Shown here piece by piece: positions 24,055 through 36,303 of a DNA stretch of 64,000 nt. Numbering within the stretch: the first letter of the stretch is position 1; each line of letters begins with the position of its first letter. A program made the translations under genes and the position numbers. This DNA comes from Octopus bimaculoides (lineage: Eukaryota). A model generated the notes under the pieces. It saw only the letters and a list, made by a program, of their open reading frames with translations. It was not told the DNA's origin and did not search any database. The DNA lies in NCBI RefSeq assembly GCF_001194135.2, contig NC_068985.1:801046-865045 (forward strand), in the 5' to 3' direction.

Positions 24055-24212
24055 AACAACAAACAAGATGAGGACAAATATCCATCAAATGTAAATAATG
24101 TAAATAATGTAAATAATTGCTCATCTCTTTAATATAGAACTGTATCTGTAATCAAAGATTCCAACCATGACATCTCGGTCTTTATTTATTATTATAATTG
24201 CTTTTCATTTTT

Positions 24213-24379
24213 CAGGAGTAGCTGTGTGGTTAGACATTTGCTTCCTAACCAGATCGTTCTAGGTTCAGTCCCATTGTGTGGCAATTTGGGCAAGTGTCTT
24301 CTACTCTAGCCTTGGGCCAACCAAAGCCATGTGAATGGATTTTGGTAGATGGAAACTGAAAGAAGCCCAATATATATAA

Positions 24380-24423
<44 letters not shown>

Positions 24424-24638
24424 GTGTGTGAGTCAGTGTTTGTCCCTCAATGACAATCAGTGTCAGTGTCTTTAAGTCCCTGTAACTTAGTTGTTTGGCA
24501 AAAGAGACTGATAAAATAATTACCCAGCTTAAAAAAAAACATAGATACTGGGGTCAATTTATTTGGTTAATATTCTTCAAGGCAGTGCCCCAGCATGGCC
24601 ACAGTCTAATGACTGAAGCAAGTAAAAGACAAAAGACA
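24213..24638 (+). mobile_element. Full-length SINE family A with internal (TA)/(TG)n
   Basis: Head GTAGCTGTGTGGTTAG..GGTTCAGTCCC, body, microsatellite, 3' half GTAACTTAG..GGCAAAAGAGAC..GGGGTCAATTT..CCCAGCATGGCCACAGTC and tail GTAAAAGACAAAAGAC. Confidence 0.9.
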
Positions 24639-24959
24639 GAAACCTATGACTAAGCTCATTGTGTTTCCAATCCTGCTACAATTCAATTTGAGTGAGATTC
24701 AGCTGTCATTTCTAGCAGCCAGAGTGGTTGTGTAACATTTTCCTTGTTGAGTCACAAAATGTGTGGGTTTTTTTCTTTCTGCAATTCTGGTCTACTTTCT
24801 TGAAGTGGTTTTTTGGGTTGTCTAGAGATTTCTGAAGACTAGATCTATATTCCAAGACGAAAATAAGCGTGTTTGTGATATAATAAAGATTCTTCCTTGT
24901 TGCTAGGACACAAACAAGATTTACAATGGACTCTACATGTGTTTACCATCAAGGGAGAT

Positions 24960-25515
<556 letters not shown>

Positions 25516-25789
25516 TTACGAATTAGTGAGAAGAGACAGCAAAGTTGACATTTGCATGTCTTTCAAACTCGTGAGACTGATATTGGTCAATGGCTGGTCT
25601 TAAACATCTGCTGAGAGGAATTAAAAAGAATAAGGGAGTTTGGGAACAGCAAAGGGTCTGTTCAGTTTTCTTGCTGAAGGCATCCAACAAACACGGAGGA
25701 GTGTATAATGTGTGTGTCACACACACACATTTACAAGCATATATATACATATTCCCATGCATACGCATATGTGTGTACATATGTGTGGG

Positions 25790-25965
25790 TATGTGTTTGT
25801 AGCCCCCCCCCCATTACTGCTTGACAATCGGTGTTGCTGTATTTACGTCCCTGTAACTCAACAGTTCAGGGGTCAATTTATTTAACTATAACCCTTCAAG
25901 GTGGTGCTCCAGTATGGCTGTAGTCAAATGACTAAAACAAGTAAGAGAACAAAAGAATAAAAGAA
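25790..25965 (+). mobile_element. SINE family A, 3' half with internal deletion
   Basis: TGCTTGACAATCGGTGTTG..TTACGTCCCTGTAAC..GGGGTCAATTT..CTCCAGTATGGCTGTAGTCAAATGACTAAAACAAG. Confidence 0.8.
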
Positions 25966-26265
25966 TATATATATATATATATATAAAATATATATACATG
26001 CATGTGTATATGTATAAATACTTATACATCTATACATATATTCTTTTATTCTTTTGCTTGTTTCAGTCATTTCACTGTGACCATGCTGGAGCACCATCTT
26101 AAGTCGAACAAATCGACCCCAGGACTTATTCTTTGTAAGCTTAGTACTTATTATATCGGTCTCTTTTGCCGAACCGCTAAGTTATGTGGACGTAAACACA
26201 CAAACATTGGTTATCAAGTGATAGCAGGGGGACAAACACAGGCACACAAATACATACATATATAC

Positions 26266-26314
<49 letters not shown>

Positions 26315-26559
26315 NNNNNNNNNNNNNNNNNNNNNNNNNNNNNNNNNNNNNNNNNNNNNNNNNNNNNNNNNNNNNNNNNNNNNNNNNNNNNNNNNNNNNN
26401 NNNNNNNNNNNNNNNNNNNNNNNNNNNNNNNNNNNNNNNNNNNNNNNNNNNNNNNNNNNNNNNNNNNNNNNNNNNNNNNNNNNNNNNNNNNNNNNNNNNN
26501 NNNNNNNNNNNNNNNNNNNNNNNNNNNNNNNNNNNNNNNNNNNNNNNNNNNNNNNNNNN
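26315..26559. other. Assembly gap (other gaps: 1303-1312, 3518-3541, 43412-43470, 46504-46702, 51182-51191, 56246-56255)
   Basis: Runs of n, mostly at microsatellites. Confidence 1.
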
Positions 26560-26567
26560 ATATATAT

Positions 26568-26717
26568 CATCATCATCATCATCATCGTTTAACGTCCGCT
26601 TTCCATGCTAGCATGGGTTGGACGATTTGACTGAGGACTGGTGAAACCGGATGGCAACACCAGGCTCCAATCTAATTTGGCAGAGTTTCTACAGCTGGAT
26701 GCCCTTCCTAACGCCAA
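26568..26717 (-). mobile_element. Young family C element (3' part) nested in SINE A
   Basis: (CAT)n CGTTTAACGTCCGCTTTCCATGCTAGCATGGGTTGGACG..CTGGATGCCCTTCCTAACGCCAA; retains several CpGs lost in other copies. Confidence 0.85.
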
Positions 26718-27254
26718 TATATATATATACTATGGGCTTCTTTCAGTTTCCGTCTACCAAATCCACTCACAAGGCTTTGGTTGGCCTGAGGCTATAGTAG
26801 AAGACACTTGCCCAAGGTGCCCTGCAGTAGGACTGAACCTGGAACCAAGTGGTTGGGAAGGAAGCTCCTTACCACACAGCCACTCCTGCGCTTATGTGTA
26901 TATACAGTGGTACATATAATATACATACAGACATATATACATGTCTCTTCTTTTACCTAAAAGTCAGATACATATTTTATCCCCAGATTGTGTTTTTTTA
27001 ATTTTCTACTCAAGTATAATATAATGCTACTCCCTGTTTATTGAGTATGAGGATTTGCATTACATTTCTCATTTGATACAAGAGTAAATGCCAAGTGTGG
27101 GAGAGAGAGAGAGGTGGGAGGGGAGAGACTATGATTAATGTTATGGTGGTATTTCAGTGGTAATTCATGAAAGAAACAGGAGGGGAGGGGGGAGAATATT
27201 GTGGGGCAAAGTTGATGTAGATGTAGGGAGTGTAAGGCAATCAGTGTGTATGTG

Positions 27255-27855
27255 AGAGAGATAAAAGGAGTGAGAGAAAAGAGAGAGAGAGGGAAGGTAG
27301 AAGAAGGAGAGAGAAATGTGTGAGACAATGAGAAAGAGAGAGAGAGAGTGAGTGAGAAAGAGAGAGAGAGAGATAGAGAGAGAGTGAGTGAGAAAGAGAG
27401 AGAGAGATAGAGAGAGAGTGAGTGAGAAAGCAGAGTGTTGGTGAGTGAGAAAGAGAGAGAGAGAGAGGGAAGGTAGAACAAGGAGAGAGAAATGTGTGAG
27501 ACAATGAGAAAGAGAGAGAGAGAGAGAGAGAGGGAAGGGAGAAGAAGGAGAGAGAAATGTGTGAGACAATGAGAAAGAGAGAGAGAAAGCAGAGTGAGAA
27601 AGAGAGAGAGAGAGATAGAGAGAGAGTGAGTGAGAAAGAGAGAGAGATAGAGAGAGAGTGAGTGAGAAAGAGAGAGAGAGATAGAGAGAGAGTGAGTGAG
27701 AAAGAGAGAGAGAAAGCAGAGTGTTGGTGAGTGAGAAAGAGAGAGAGAGAGAGGGAAGGGAGAGAAATGTGTGAGACAATGAGAAAGAGAGAGAGAAAGC
27801 AGAGTGAGAAAGAGAGAGAGAGATAGAGAGAGAGTGAGTGAGAAAGAGAGAGAGA
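27255..27855. repeat. GA-rich composite satellite with higher-order modules
   Basis: GAAATGTGTGAGACAATGAGAAAG x4, GCAGAGTGTTGGTGAGTGAG x2 and repeated GATAGAGAGAGAGTGAGTGAGAAA. Confidence 0.9.
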
Positions 27856-28189
27856 AGAAATTGGTGTGTTTGTTCTTTGTTTTGGGGGGTGGCCCCTATT
27901 TATTGAGATTGTGAATATAATTAAAGCGTCGGGTTGTGTTATTATGTTTGGTAGTGCAATGATATGTTCAAAGACAGACCGACAGGACTCTGTAGTAAGT
28001 CTCAGTGACAAACAGATGCATTGTGTATTCTTGTTCAGTGTTGAAAGGAAAATATTGTTTGTTTGAAGACGGAACAAAAAATTGTTTCAATGGGCAGAAA
28101 CTGAGAGTCTTCAGAATTACTTAACAGAGCCAAAAAAAAGGAAACAAAACAAAAAGCAAAGACGATGACGCTCCGATAAAAATAGGTAA

Positions 28190-28560
28190 ACATTGAGAAG
28201 AAAGAAATTGGAGGAAAGGATAAGGAATTGAAAAGATGGGCAATATGGGGAAGGAAGGGGACAAAAATGGTGAGAAAGCATAAAGAATGATAAGGAATGA
28301 CGATAAATAGCAAGGAAGGTTAAGAAAGGAGTAAGAAATAATTGGAGAATAGTAAGAAATTGTGAGGAAGGGTAAAAAGTGTCAAAGAATGGTAAAGAAC
28401 AATGAGAAGTGGGAAAAAATAGTGAAATATGAAATGACAACAAACGGTAAGAAATGATTAAAATTGGTTAGAATGAAATTAAAGGTAAGAAATACCATTG
28501 AAGTGGTAAGAAATGGTTAGAAAAGGATTAAAGAAGTGGTAAGAAATATAATAAATGATA
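28190..28560. repeat. Decayed purine-rich minisatellite (AATGGTAAGAA-like); resumes at 29810-30030
   Basis: Recurrent GGTAAGAA(A/G)T and GTGGTAAG words in both blocks. Confidence 0.55.
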
Positions 28561-29294
28561 ACTTTTTAATGGATTAGGACAATAGAGCTGTAATGATGCC
28601 TTTTGTAAGACTTCTGTGGACTGGTAACTAAGAGTGGTTGATGATGAGGTTGAATATTTGTGAAGTGACAGTTGTATGAAAAATGGGGGTGGGAAGGGAA
28701 ATCTAGAAGGATGTTATTTGCGAAGGGTTTAGTGATTGGTGTTGTGCCTGAGAAAGGGATTGCAGTAAGTGTTGTTGCTATTGCTGTTGTTTAACCCCAG
28801 TTCAACGTTGATTCATACACTGATGATCAAAACCCCAGATTCATGCACTGATGATTAAAAACGTTCAGCCTGTGACACATATTTTGTTTGCAGTATATCG
28901 AATTAGAATTCCTTCTTCATATCTTAATTTGCTGGAGTCTCTGCTATAAACTGTTTTCCAACGGTTTTTCTTTTTCATGAAGCGTCTCCGGAGTTTTCTC
29001 ACGAAGCTTCTTCTGGAATTCCTCATGAGAAGTGCGTGAGGTCGGCTGTTTCAATCTCGTGTGTGTTGTGTTGATACATCTGTGGTGCTGCTTCTAAGTT
29101 ATGTGTTATACGTGCAGCTTCTCTTTTTTTTCCCCTTTCTTTTTATTTTATTCTATTTATTATTTTTTTTGCCCTTCTTTTTTTTGTTGTAAACAATATA
29201 TGAGCATGTTATTAAAAATTAACCTACACACATCCAGATGTAGCTAAATAATATATTGATTACCAGCTTCCATCCTGTTGTTAATTTGGGGTCC

Positions 29295-29375
29295 TAGTTG
29301 CGTACTAGGGTCGATCTTAACGACTGGCCCCCTCCCCCAAAATTTCAGGCCTTGTGCCTAGAGTAAAAAAGAGTA
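29295..29375 (+). mobile_element. SINE family B, 3' fragment
   Basis: AGTTGCGTACTAGGGTCGATCTTAACGACTGGCCCCCTCCCCCAAAATTTCAGGCCTTGTGCCTAGAG. Confidence 0.75.
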
Positions 29376-30367
29376 TATAGAAGTATATTAATTAATGTGT
29401 CCTTTCCTTAATAAAAGCAGGGTATCATTTGAGGGAAATTTCGCTGCTGTTTCTAGCAGATTGAGTAACTATATAGAGGGTGGTGGAAATAGCATGTTTG
29501 AGGGGCAGTGGCCATTGGATTAAATGGAGTTAATTCTGAACAAAGAGACAACCTTTGTGTTAGTATTTGATGTACGTTTGACAGATTTACTTTAGATGTA
29601 GTCAAGGCTGTTTGTATGCAGCAGCAGCAACAGCAGAACAACTACAGCAGCACTGTCCTCTGTGTGGGAGCAATATTCATTGTAGTTTGGAGAAAGACAA
29701 TTGTTGTTCTGAAGTATTTTCCAGCTCTTCGGATTAAGGAATAAACTTTTGGATGCAGTTTTTGCAATGTAAGAGATGTGACCGTCAGTGATTGTAAATG
29801 AATGGTGCAAAATAGCAAAGAATGCTTAGGTATTTGTAAGGAATGGTAAGAAATGAGAAGGAACTATAAGACTCAGCAAGAAATTGGGAGAAGTGGAAAA
29901 TGGTAAGGAGTGACAGGAAATAGTAAAGAATAGAAAGAAGTGGTAAAGTGTAGCAAAGAATGGTAAGATAAAGGAATATTAAGAGATGGGAGGAAAATGG
30001 TAAGGAATTATAAGAAGTGGTAAAGACACTTTGTATAATGGTGGCAGGGGTTTGAATGTACAGTGTGTCTAAGCAAAAGACAGGATGGTCATGATTGGAA
30101 TGCCTTTGATTATTGGTTTATTGAATCAGGTCTGAGCAACAAAAACAATTCTCATGTTTGGTAAAAAGAAAACAAAAAATTAACCACAATAAAAAAAAAT
30201 ATTTTTCATTTGATGTGATTACTTGACTTTTCTTCTGTTTTTAAGAATTCCTCCATGGATTGGTATCAACCATATTGACTAGAACTAAGATGAGTGGCAT
30301 CATAACTCTTCTGGTTAGACTCACTGCAAGAATTGAACTTAACTCTCTCAGTTAATAAATCTTTAGT

Positions 30368-30570
30368 CTTTCATCTTTTACTTGTTTCAGTCATTAGACT
30401 GTGGCCATGCTGGGGCAGCACTGCCTTGAAGAATTTTTAGGCAAATGAATTGACCCCAGTACTCCTTTTTTTTTAAAAGCCTAGTTCTTATTCTACCAGT
30501 CTCTTTTGCCAAACCACTAAGTTACAGGGATGTAAAGATAATAACAGTAGTATGATGTGGGGGACAAACG

Positions 30571-30610
<40 letters not shown>

Positions 30611-30765
30611 TACATGTGCACGTACAATTATCTATGTAGAAAATGGACTTTTTTCAGACGAAATTCATTCTCAAGGCTTTGGTTGGCCCAAGGCTATAAT
30701 AGATGACATTTGCCCAAGGTGCCACACAGAGAGACTGAACCTGGAACCATGTGTTACCACACAAG
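30368..30765 (-). mobile_element. SINE family A, near full length
   Basis: 3' half, (CA)n and head in the same order as 34321-34742. Confidence 0.85.
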
Positions 30766-32544
30766 CGCTTATCCTTTATTCATACTTTTCTGTGGTGTCT
30801 ATTAATGTCCAGGTGGATCGGCTCATTTGTGAGTTAGGTGTCTTGGCCATTATGGCAACACAACTGGCTCTGAACTGCTGACCTTTCAGCCAGTTACCTG
30901 GTAACCTATTGATTTGTCCAACTCCACAGAACCAAATATTGGTGTAGATGTCTTACAGTTGAGTTTATTTTATTAAATGATCAACAGTCTTAATAGCAAA
31001 GACAGATACATCTGTCATAGAGATCACATATTTCGATCTGGATAGATTTCGGCTGCAGAAACTCTGTTAATATGAGTCAAAAACCTCTGGGGATTGTGAC
31101 TGTTCTACTCAATACACTCGTTTGTCATGCTTACTTGCATGAGAGACAGAATGATAGAGTCTTGCACACAAATACATTTTAGTATATTAACCAATGTCAA
31201 GATCAAAGCACAATTTTTATGGTAAATGAGGAAACAGCTTGCTAAATATCTGTGTATATACATTTACAGAACAAACTTGGTTGTTTGACTTCTTAAAAAC
31301 AGGTCACTATGCTTGTATGTATGTAAATGCATGCACTTACATTATGTGTGCATGTGTGTGTGTGAGTGTATAAGTGCAAGTATGTATGTGTGCGTACATG
31401 GTTGCATATTATGTGTATATACACACATATACATATGTTTATATGTACAGACATATATCTACATATATATACATATATACATGTATACATGTATATAAGT
31501 GTGTGTGTGTGTGTGTATTGCACACATATACAATGCACTTTGTCTGCTAGATGGTTCTCACAGAAATCAATACCATTATACTGGAGTGTGCATTCTTGGG
31601 TATTTACTTTGCTACCAGCTGAGAGTGATAGGAAAATGTCAGATGGAACTCAAGAGATGGTATTCAGTTATTTAAATATGCATCAAGTATTTTAATAACC
31701 AGCATCATCATCATCATCATCATCAACTTGCAAGCAAAATTTAGGTTTCAGTTTGTAGATAAAAATGATAAACATCTGATTCCTTAAATGTATGATTGTT
31801 GTAATTACCATTTTCTTCAGCATTTCATTAGGAACAACAGGCTATGTTTGGTTGAAATGTTTGGGTTGTAGTAGTCTTTCCATTCAAAATTAGAATGTTT
31901 ACTGAAGAATCTGATTCTTGAGTACGACTGAGTTTATTTTTATTCCATTAACTCTTCTCCAAACACAAAAGGTATATTACAGAATCAATTTTTTACAGAA
32001 GTTAAGCAGAATTATGGGGCTAAGTCTTTTAAGCATTAGTCTGTAGACATTAACCCACTGCTCAGCTACACTTTATGTAAATATAAAATACCTAAAAATA
32101 TTATCTTTAGAAACTTCTAAGAGACAGTGAATGCCTCTGGTTTCATAGCTTTAAGCAGATGAGAGATGAATCTCACCCTGACAGGATTCTAGTCTATTAC
32201 AGATAAAATTTTGGACTGGTGAGTCATAAGTTGGCAGCCTGGGGCAAGGGAGAATTCTCTCTCCTTCATTACTGTTAAAATCCTATCTGAACTTATTTTC
32301 TCATTTTCCTACTTTATTTAATCATATTTTTTTGTTAGAATTGATTCTACAGAGATGTATGTTAGGGATCTGTTTTCTTGCAGCATTTTAAGACAATACT
32401 GAATGATTTTGAAACAATGTTACTCTTTGCTTTATTGAGTTTATCTTGAGGTAGAGGTTGCACCCATAGCCTTCACAGACTTCTCAAGACTGCTGAGATC
32501 AATTTTGTTAATGTTGAAAGCCAACGACTGTAGAAAGATAGTCG

Positions 32545-32610
32545 AACTGTCCAACCCATGCCCGCATGGAGAACGGACGTTAAACGATGTGATGATGATG
32601 ATGATGATGT
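32545..32610 (+). mobile_element. Family C 3' tail fragment
   Basis: CTGTCCAACCCATGCCCGCATGGAGAACGGACGTTAAACGATG(TGA)n. Confidence 0.8.
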
Positions 32611-32675
32611 TCATGAGGAGCTAGTGCCAGTTTGTCATAAAGTGTCCAAGTTGTATTTTGATAAGAAGTGTGAGT

Positions 32676-32877
32676 AAGGTGGCGAGAGCTGGCAAAATGC
32701 TTAGCTGTATTTCGTTTGTCTTTACGTTCTGAGTTCAAATTCTGCTGAGGTCGACTTTGCCTTTCTTCCTTTCGGGGCTGATAAATTAAGTACCAGTTAC
32801 GTACTGGGGTCGATCTAATCGACTGCCCCCTCTATCCCCAGACATTTCGGGCCTTGTGCCAAGAGTAGAAAAGAATT
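32676..32877 (+). mobile_element. tRNA-derived SINE family B, near full length (central body resembles the Meta/MESC domain as I recall it)
   Basis: GGTGGCGAGAGCTGGCA..GTTCTGAGTTCAAATTCTGCTGAGGTCGACTTTGCCTTTCTTCCTTTCGGGGCTGATAAATTAAGTACCAG..TAGAAAAGAATT. Confidence 0.85.
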
Positions 32878-33109
32878 AGTGTGAGGAAGGTTTGGAGGAA
32901 CATAAAGTGGTATCAGCTACCAAAGAGTAAACTTGGAATGGTGCCAAGTAGAAGGAAGAGTGTTGTAGGCAAAACCAGACCCTGGGGTACATCCGATATA
33001 AGAGGTTACAAGGTACTAAAGAAGGGATAAAGCAAAAAAATTAAGGCACAGCGAGCTAACAGTATGAGATGACAACAAATGCCAACAGAAGGGGAGCTTC
33101 AGAAATATC

Positions 33110-33290
33110 ATCATCATCATCATCATCATTTAATATCTGTTTTCCATGCTGGCATGGGTCGGACAGGTTGACAGGAGCTGGCTCGGCAGAAGACTGCACC
33201 AGGCTTCATTGTCTGTTTTGGCATGGTTTTTGCGACTGGATGCCCTTCCTAGTACTGACCACCCCACAGAGTGGACTGAGTATTTTACTA
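33110..33290 (-). mobile_element. Family C element
   Basis: (TCA)n TTTAATATCTGTTTCCATGCTGGCATGGGTCGGACAGG..CTGGATGCCCTTCCTAG. Confidence 0.85.
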
Positions 33291-34320
33291 AAAGCTGAAC
33301 ATTAATAAAATGATGTACTAAATATTGAACAATCCAGGAAGATTTAGTCAGATATTTTGAGCAAGGAGGTTCAACAAAACAGTGAAGTAAATGGTTATAT
33401 GGGTTTAAAAAGGAAAAAGAAAATAGTTTAAGACAAGAAAACATGAATATTAAAGATGAGAAAGTGAAAAAGATGTTTCAAAAGATAGCAAAGTGAGAAG
33501 TTCCAATGGGGTTCAAAGAATGAAGCTTAAAAATGTTCACAAGCATACACAACTATGTACATCCATTTCTTACTGATTGTATAGGAAATAGAACACCATC
33601 ATAGACGACAAAAGGAAAGATAGTTCTGATACAGAAAGACAAAGAAAAGGGAGGGCGAATCTGCAATTGCCGACCTGTTACATGCTTACTGTTACTCTGC
33701 AAATTATAAACTAACCTTGTAGCAGAAGAGTTGTATTGCTTTCTGGAGAAGAATCCATTTAGAATAGGAGGGAAAAGAATGCAGAAAGAAGTCGTGAAGA
33801 ATTGCTGATCTGTTTTTATATGAAGAGAATGATACAAAATGAAGTAAAAATAGGGAAAAAGTTGGCAAAAGTGGGGTTGGATAGGATAATATGTACGAAA
33901 CCATTAGCCTTTGAAGTGCCTGAGGCGACTTGGGGGTCAACTGAGATTAACAGTTCTTCAAAAAAAGTAATGAGATTATGGGAAGTTGGGCTAAAAATGT
34001 GGGATTAAATCATTAGGAAACGTGAAAATATGGAAGGAAATATTTCAGAGACACTTATTTTTTTTTTATTAGTTTTTGAGATTCCTTTGACAAGTATTCA
34101 CAGAAAGTCCAAGCTCGCTTCTATGCTTACTAAGATCAAAGAAAGGATAAAGCATCTGCTTTATATGGGTGGCTTCAAGTAATACACCAAAATGGGTGGG
34201 TGGGGGAAACACCCCTTGATTTTCTCATTCAAAGAGTAAGAATATTTAGCTAGGATATCAGTATGTAGTTCTGGGGGAATAAATGTGTAGGTTTTCTTTG
34301 ATTCTATTTTTTAAAAAATT

Positions 34321-34528
34321 CTTTTATTCGTTTCAGTCATTTGACTGCGGCCATGCTGGAGCACCACCTTTATTTGAACAAACTGACCCCAGGACTTATT
34401 CTTTGTATGCCTAGAACTTATTCTATCGGAAGCTTTTTGCCGAACCACTAAGTTACAGAACATAAACACACCAGCATCAGTTGTCAAGTGATGTCGGAGC
34501 GACAAATAGACACAAATATATACATATA

Positions 34529-34578
<50 letters not shown>

Positions 34579-34742
34579 TACATGATGGGCTTCTTTCAGT
34601 TTCCGTCTACCAAATCCACTCACAAGGCTTTGGTTGGCCCGAGACTATAGTAGAAGACACTTGCCCACAATGCCACACAGCGGAACTGAACCCGGAACCA
34701 TGTGGTTGGTAAGCAAGCTACTTACTACACGGCCACTCCTGC
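34321..34742 (-). mobile_element. Full-length, relatively young SINE family A
   Basis: Complete 3' half, (TA)n and head; several CpGs retained. Confidence 0.92.
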
Positions 34743-35418
34743 TACATTCAGTTCCATCATTATTATTACTGACACTTTCACTTTGGCAGATGTTATACTG
34801 GCACTGTACCAAAGAGTGAGATATCACAGAAAGAGAATGGTATGTTCTGGAGTGCAGCTGAATGATAAGATAATATAAAAAGAAATGAGAGAAAAAGTGT
34901 CCAAAGAGTACAAAAGAAGGTTGAGGAAGATATTTGAAACAAAACTAACCGGAAGTAAGAGATGATATCATACCAATCAATATGAGAGTCATGCCAGGGT
35001 TGAGGTACTTTTCCTTTTTTTAAAGGGAATAAAAATAGAGCTGCAGGAATTGGATTGAAGAACTAGAACGATATGTGCATCTCTGATCATGAGTAGAAGT
35101 AGTGGGGAAACATCATAGCCATGTGTTGAGAGGAATTATTTGGGGTTTGAATAATTCACCTCTGAAAACATGGGTGTTTCATTCAACATCCTTAAACAAC
35201 CCTTATTCAGAGACCTTTTGAAGAAAATTCTAACTGGGCCCCACCTGCAAGGTCATGTTCTGTTTATGTGGATCTGAAATCATCACCTCATGCACATATA
35301 GCTGTGATGCATGTGCCTTGTATACCTTTATCAGATGAGCTTTGTATATTTGTTCCCCACATGTCACTTTGATGGCATGTGCTGCTCTCTCGCTCCATAA
35401 TAATAAATAATAGTAATA

Positions 35419-35610
35419 ACGGTTTCGAATTTTGCCACAAGGGGAGCCATTTTGAGGGAGGAGATGAGTCAATGACATCAACTCCAGTGTTACACTGGTA
35501 CTTAATTTATTGACCCCGAATGGATGAAAGGCAACGTCAACCTCGGCGGAATTTGAACTCAGAACTAAACATTTCACCCGGCGTGCTAATGATTCTGCCA
35601 TTTTGATGCC

Positions 35611-35663
<53 letters not shown>

Positions 35664-36013
35664 TTTTGCCACAAGGGAAGCTTGGGGGAGGGGATTAAGT
35701 CGATTACATCGACCCCAGTGTTTCACTGGTACTTGGTGGAGTTTGAACTCAGAACTAAGCATTTCACCCAGTGTGCTAACAATTCTGCAAGCTCACTGCC
35801 TTAATAATAATAATAATAATGATAATTATAATTATAGTAATAATAAGGATGATGATGATGATGATGATAATAATAATAATTTCTCCGACTGGTGCAAGGC
35901 CTGAAATTTTGAGTTGCGGTGGCTAATTGATTGCCCCCACTCCTGAAGGGGGTACTTATTTCATTGACCCTGAAAGAGTGAGAAACCAAATTGACTTTGG
36001 TAAAATTTGAACT
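35419..36013 (-). mobile_element. Three head-to-tail SINE family B copies separated by (AAT)n tails
   Basis: Copies at 35419-35612, 35661-35802 and 35880-36013, each containing AATTTGAACTCA-like text. Confidence 0.85.
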
Positions 36014-36265
36014 CAAAAGATAAATTGATTTAACTCTCTCATCAATAAGCATCGGTGGCGGTAGCAGCAGTGGTGGCAGACTAAATGCTGAAGGGTACAT
36101 TGTTCCTTGTTCTCCTTCTTTGTAGGATCCATGGGTTCCTCACTCTCTCTCTTTGAATAACAGACAGACCAGCAAAACTTCCACTTCACTATAAGAAACA
36201 GTAAACCTCTACACATGGACTGAATCTTTGAGTCAGTCAATGTCCATGGCTTTTAAGCACATTAC

Positions 36266-36303
<38 letters not shown>

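Larger units (their letters stand above)
23636..24143. mobile_element. Foldback tRNA-head/hammerhead retroelement; copy 2
   Basis: Minus arm ~23638-23847 (no tRNA head; hammerhead motif 23691-23736). Plus arm 23854-24142 (head 23854-23925, (AAT)n, hammerhead motif 24009-24054). Flanked by ATCT(T/G)TAATCAA at 23624-23635 and 24144-24155. Confidence 0.87.
26041..26892 (-). mobile_element. SINE family A split by a (TA)n/assembly gap and a nested family C copy
   Basis: 3' half at 26041-26250 and head at 26731-26892 in the same orientation; N gap 26315-26559; family C insert 26568-26717. Confidence 0.8.

Noticed and set aside
26002-26592. 196-aa and 123-aa ORFs spanning X runs (also 46497-46733)
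   Set aside because: Artefacts of translating across N gaps and SINE sequence.
30930-31090. Possible additional hammerhead/Penelope end (GCCGAAAT and GATCGAAAT on the minus strand)
   Set aside because: No correctly placed CUGANGA box or paired stem II could be found.
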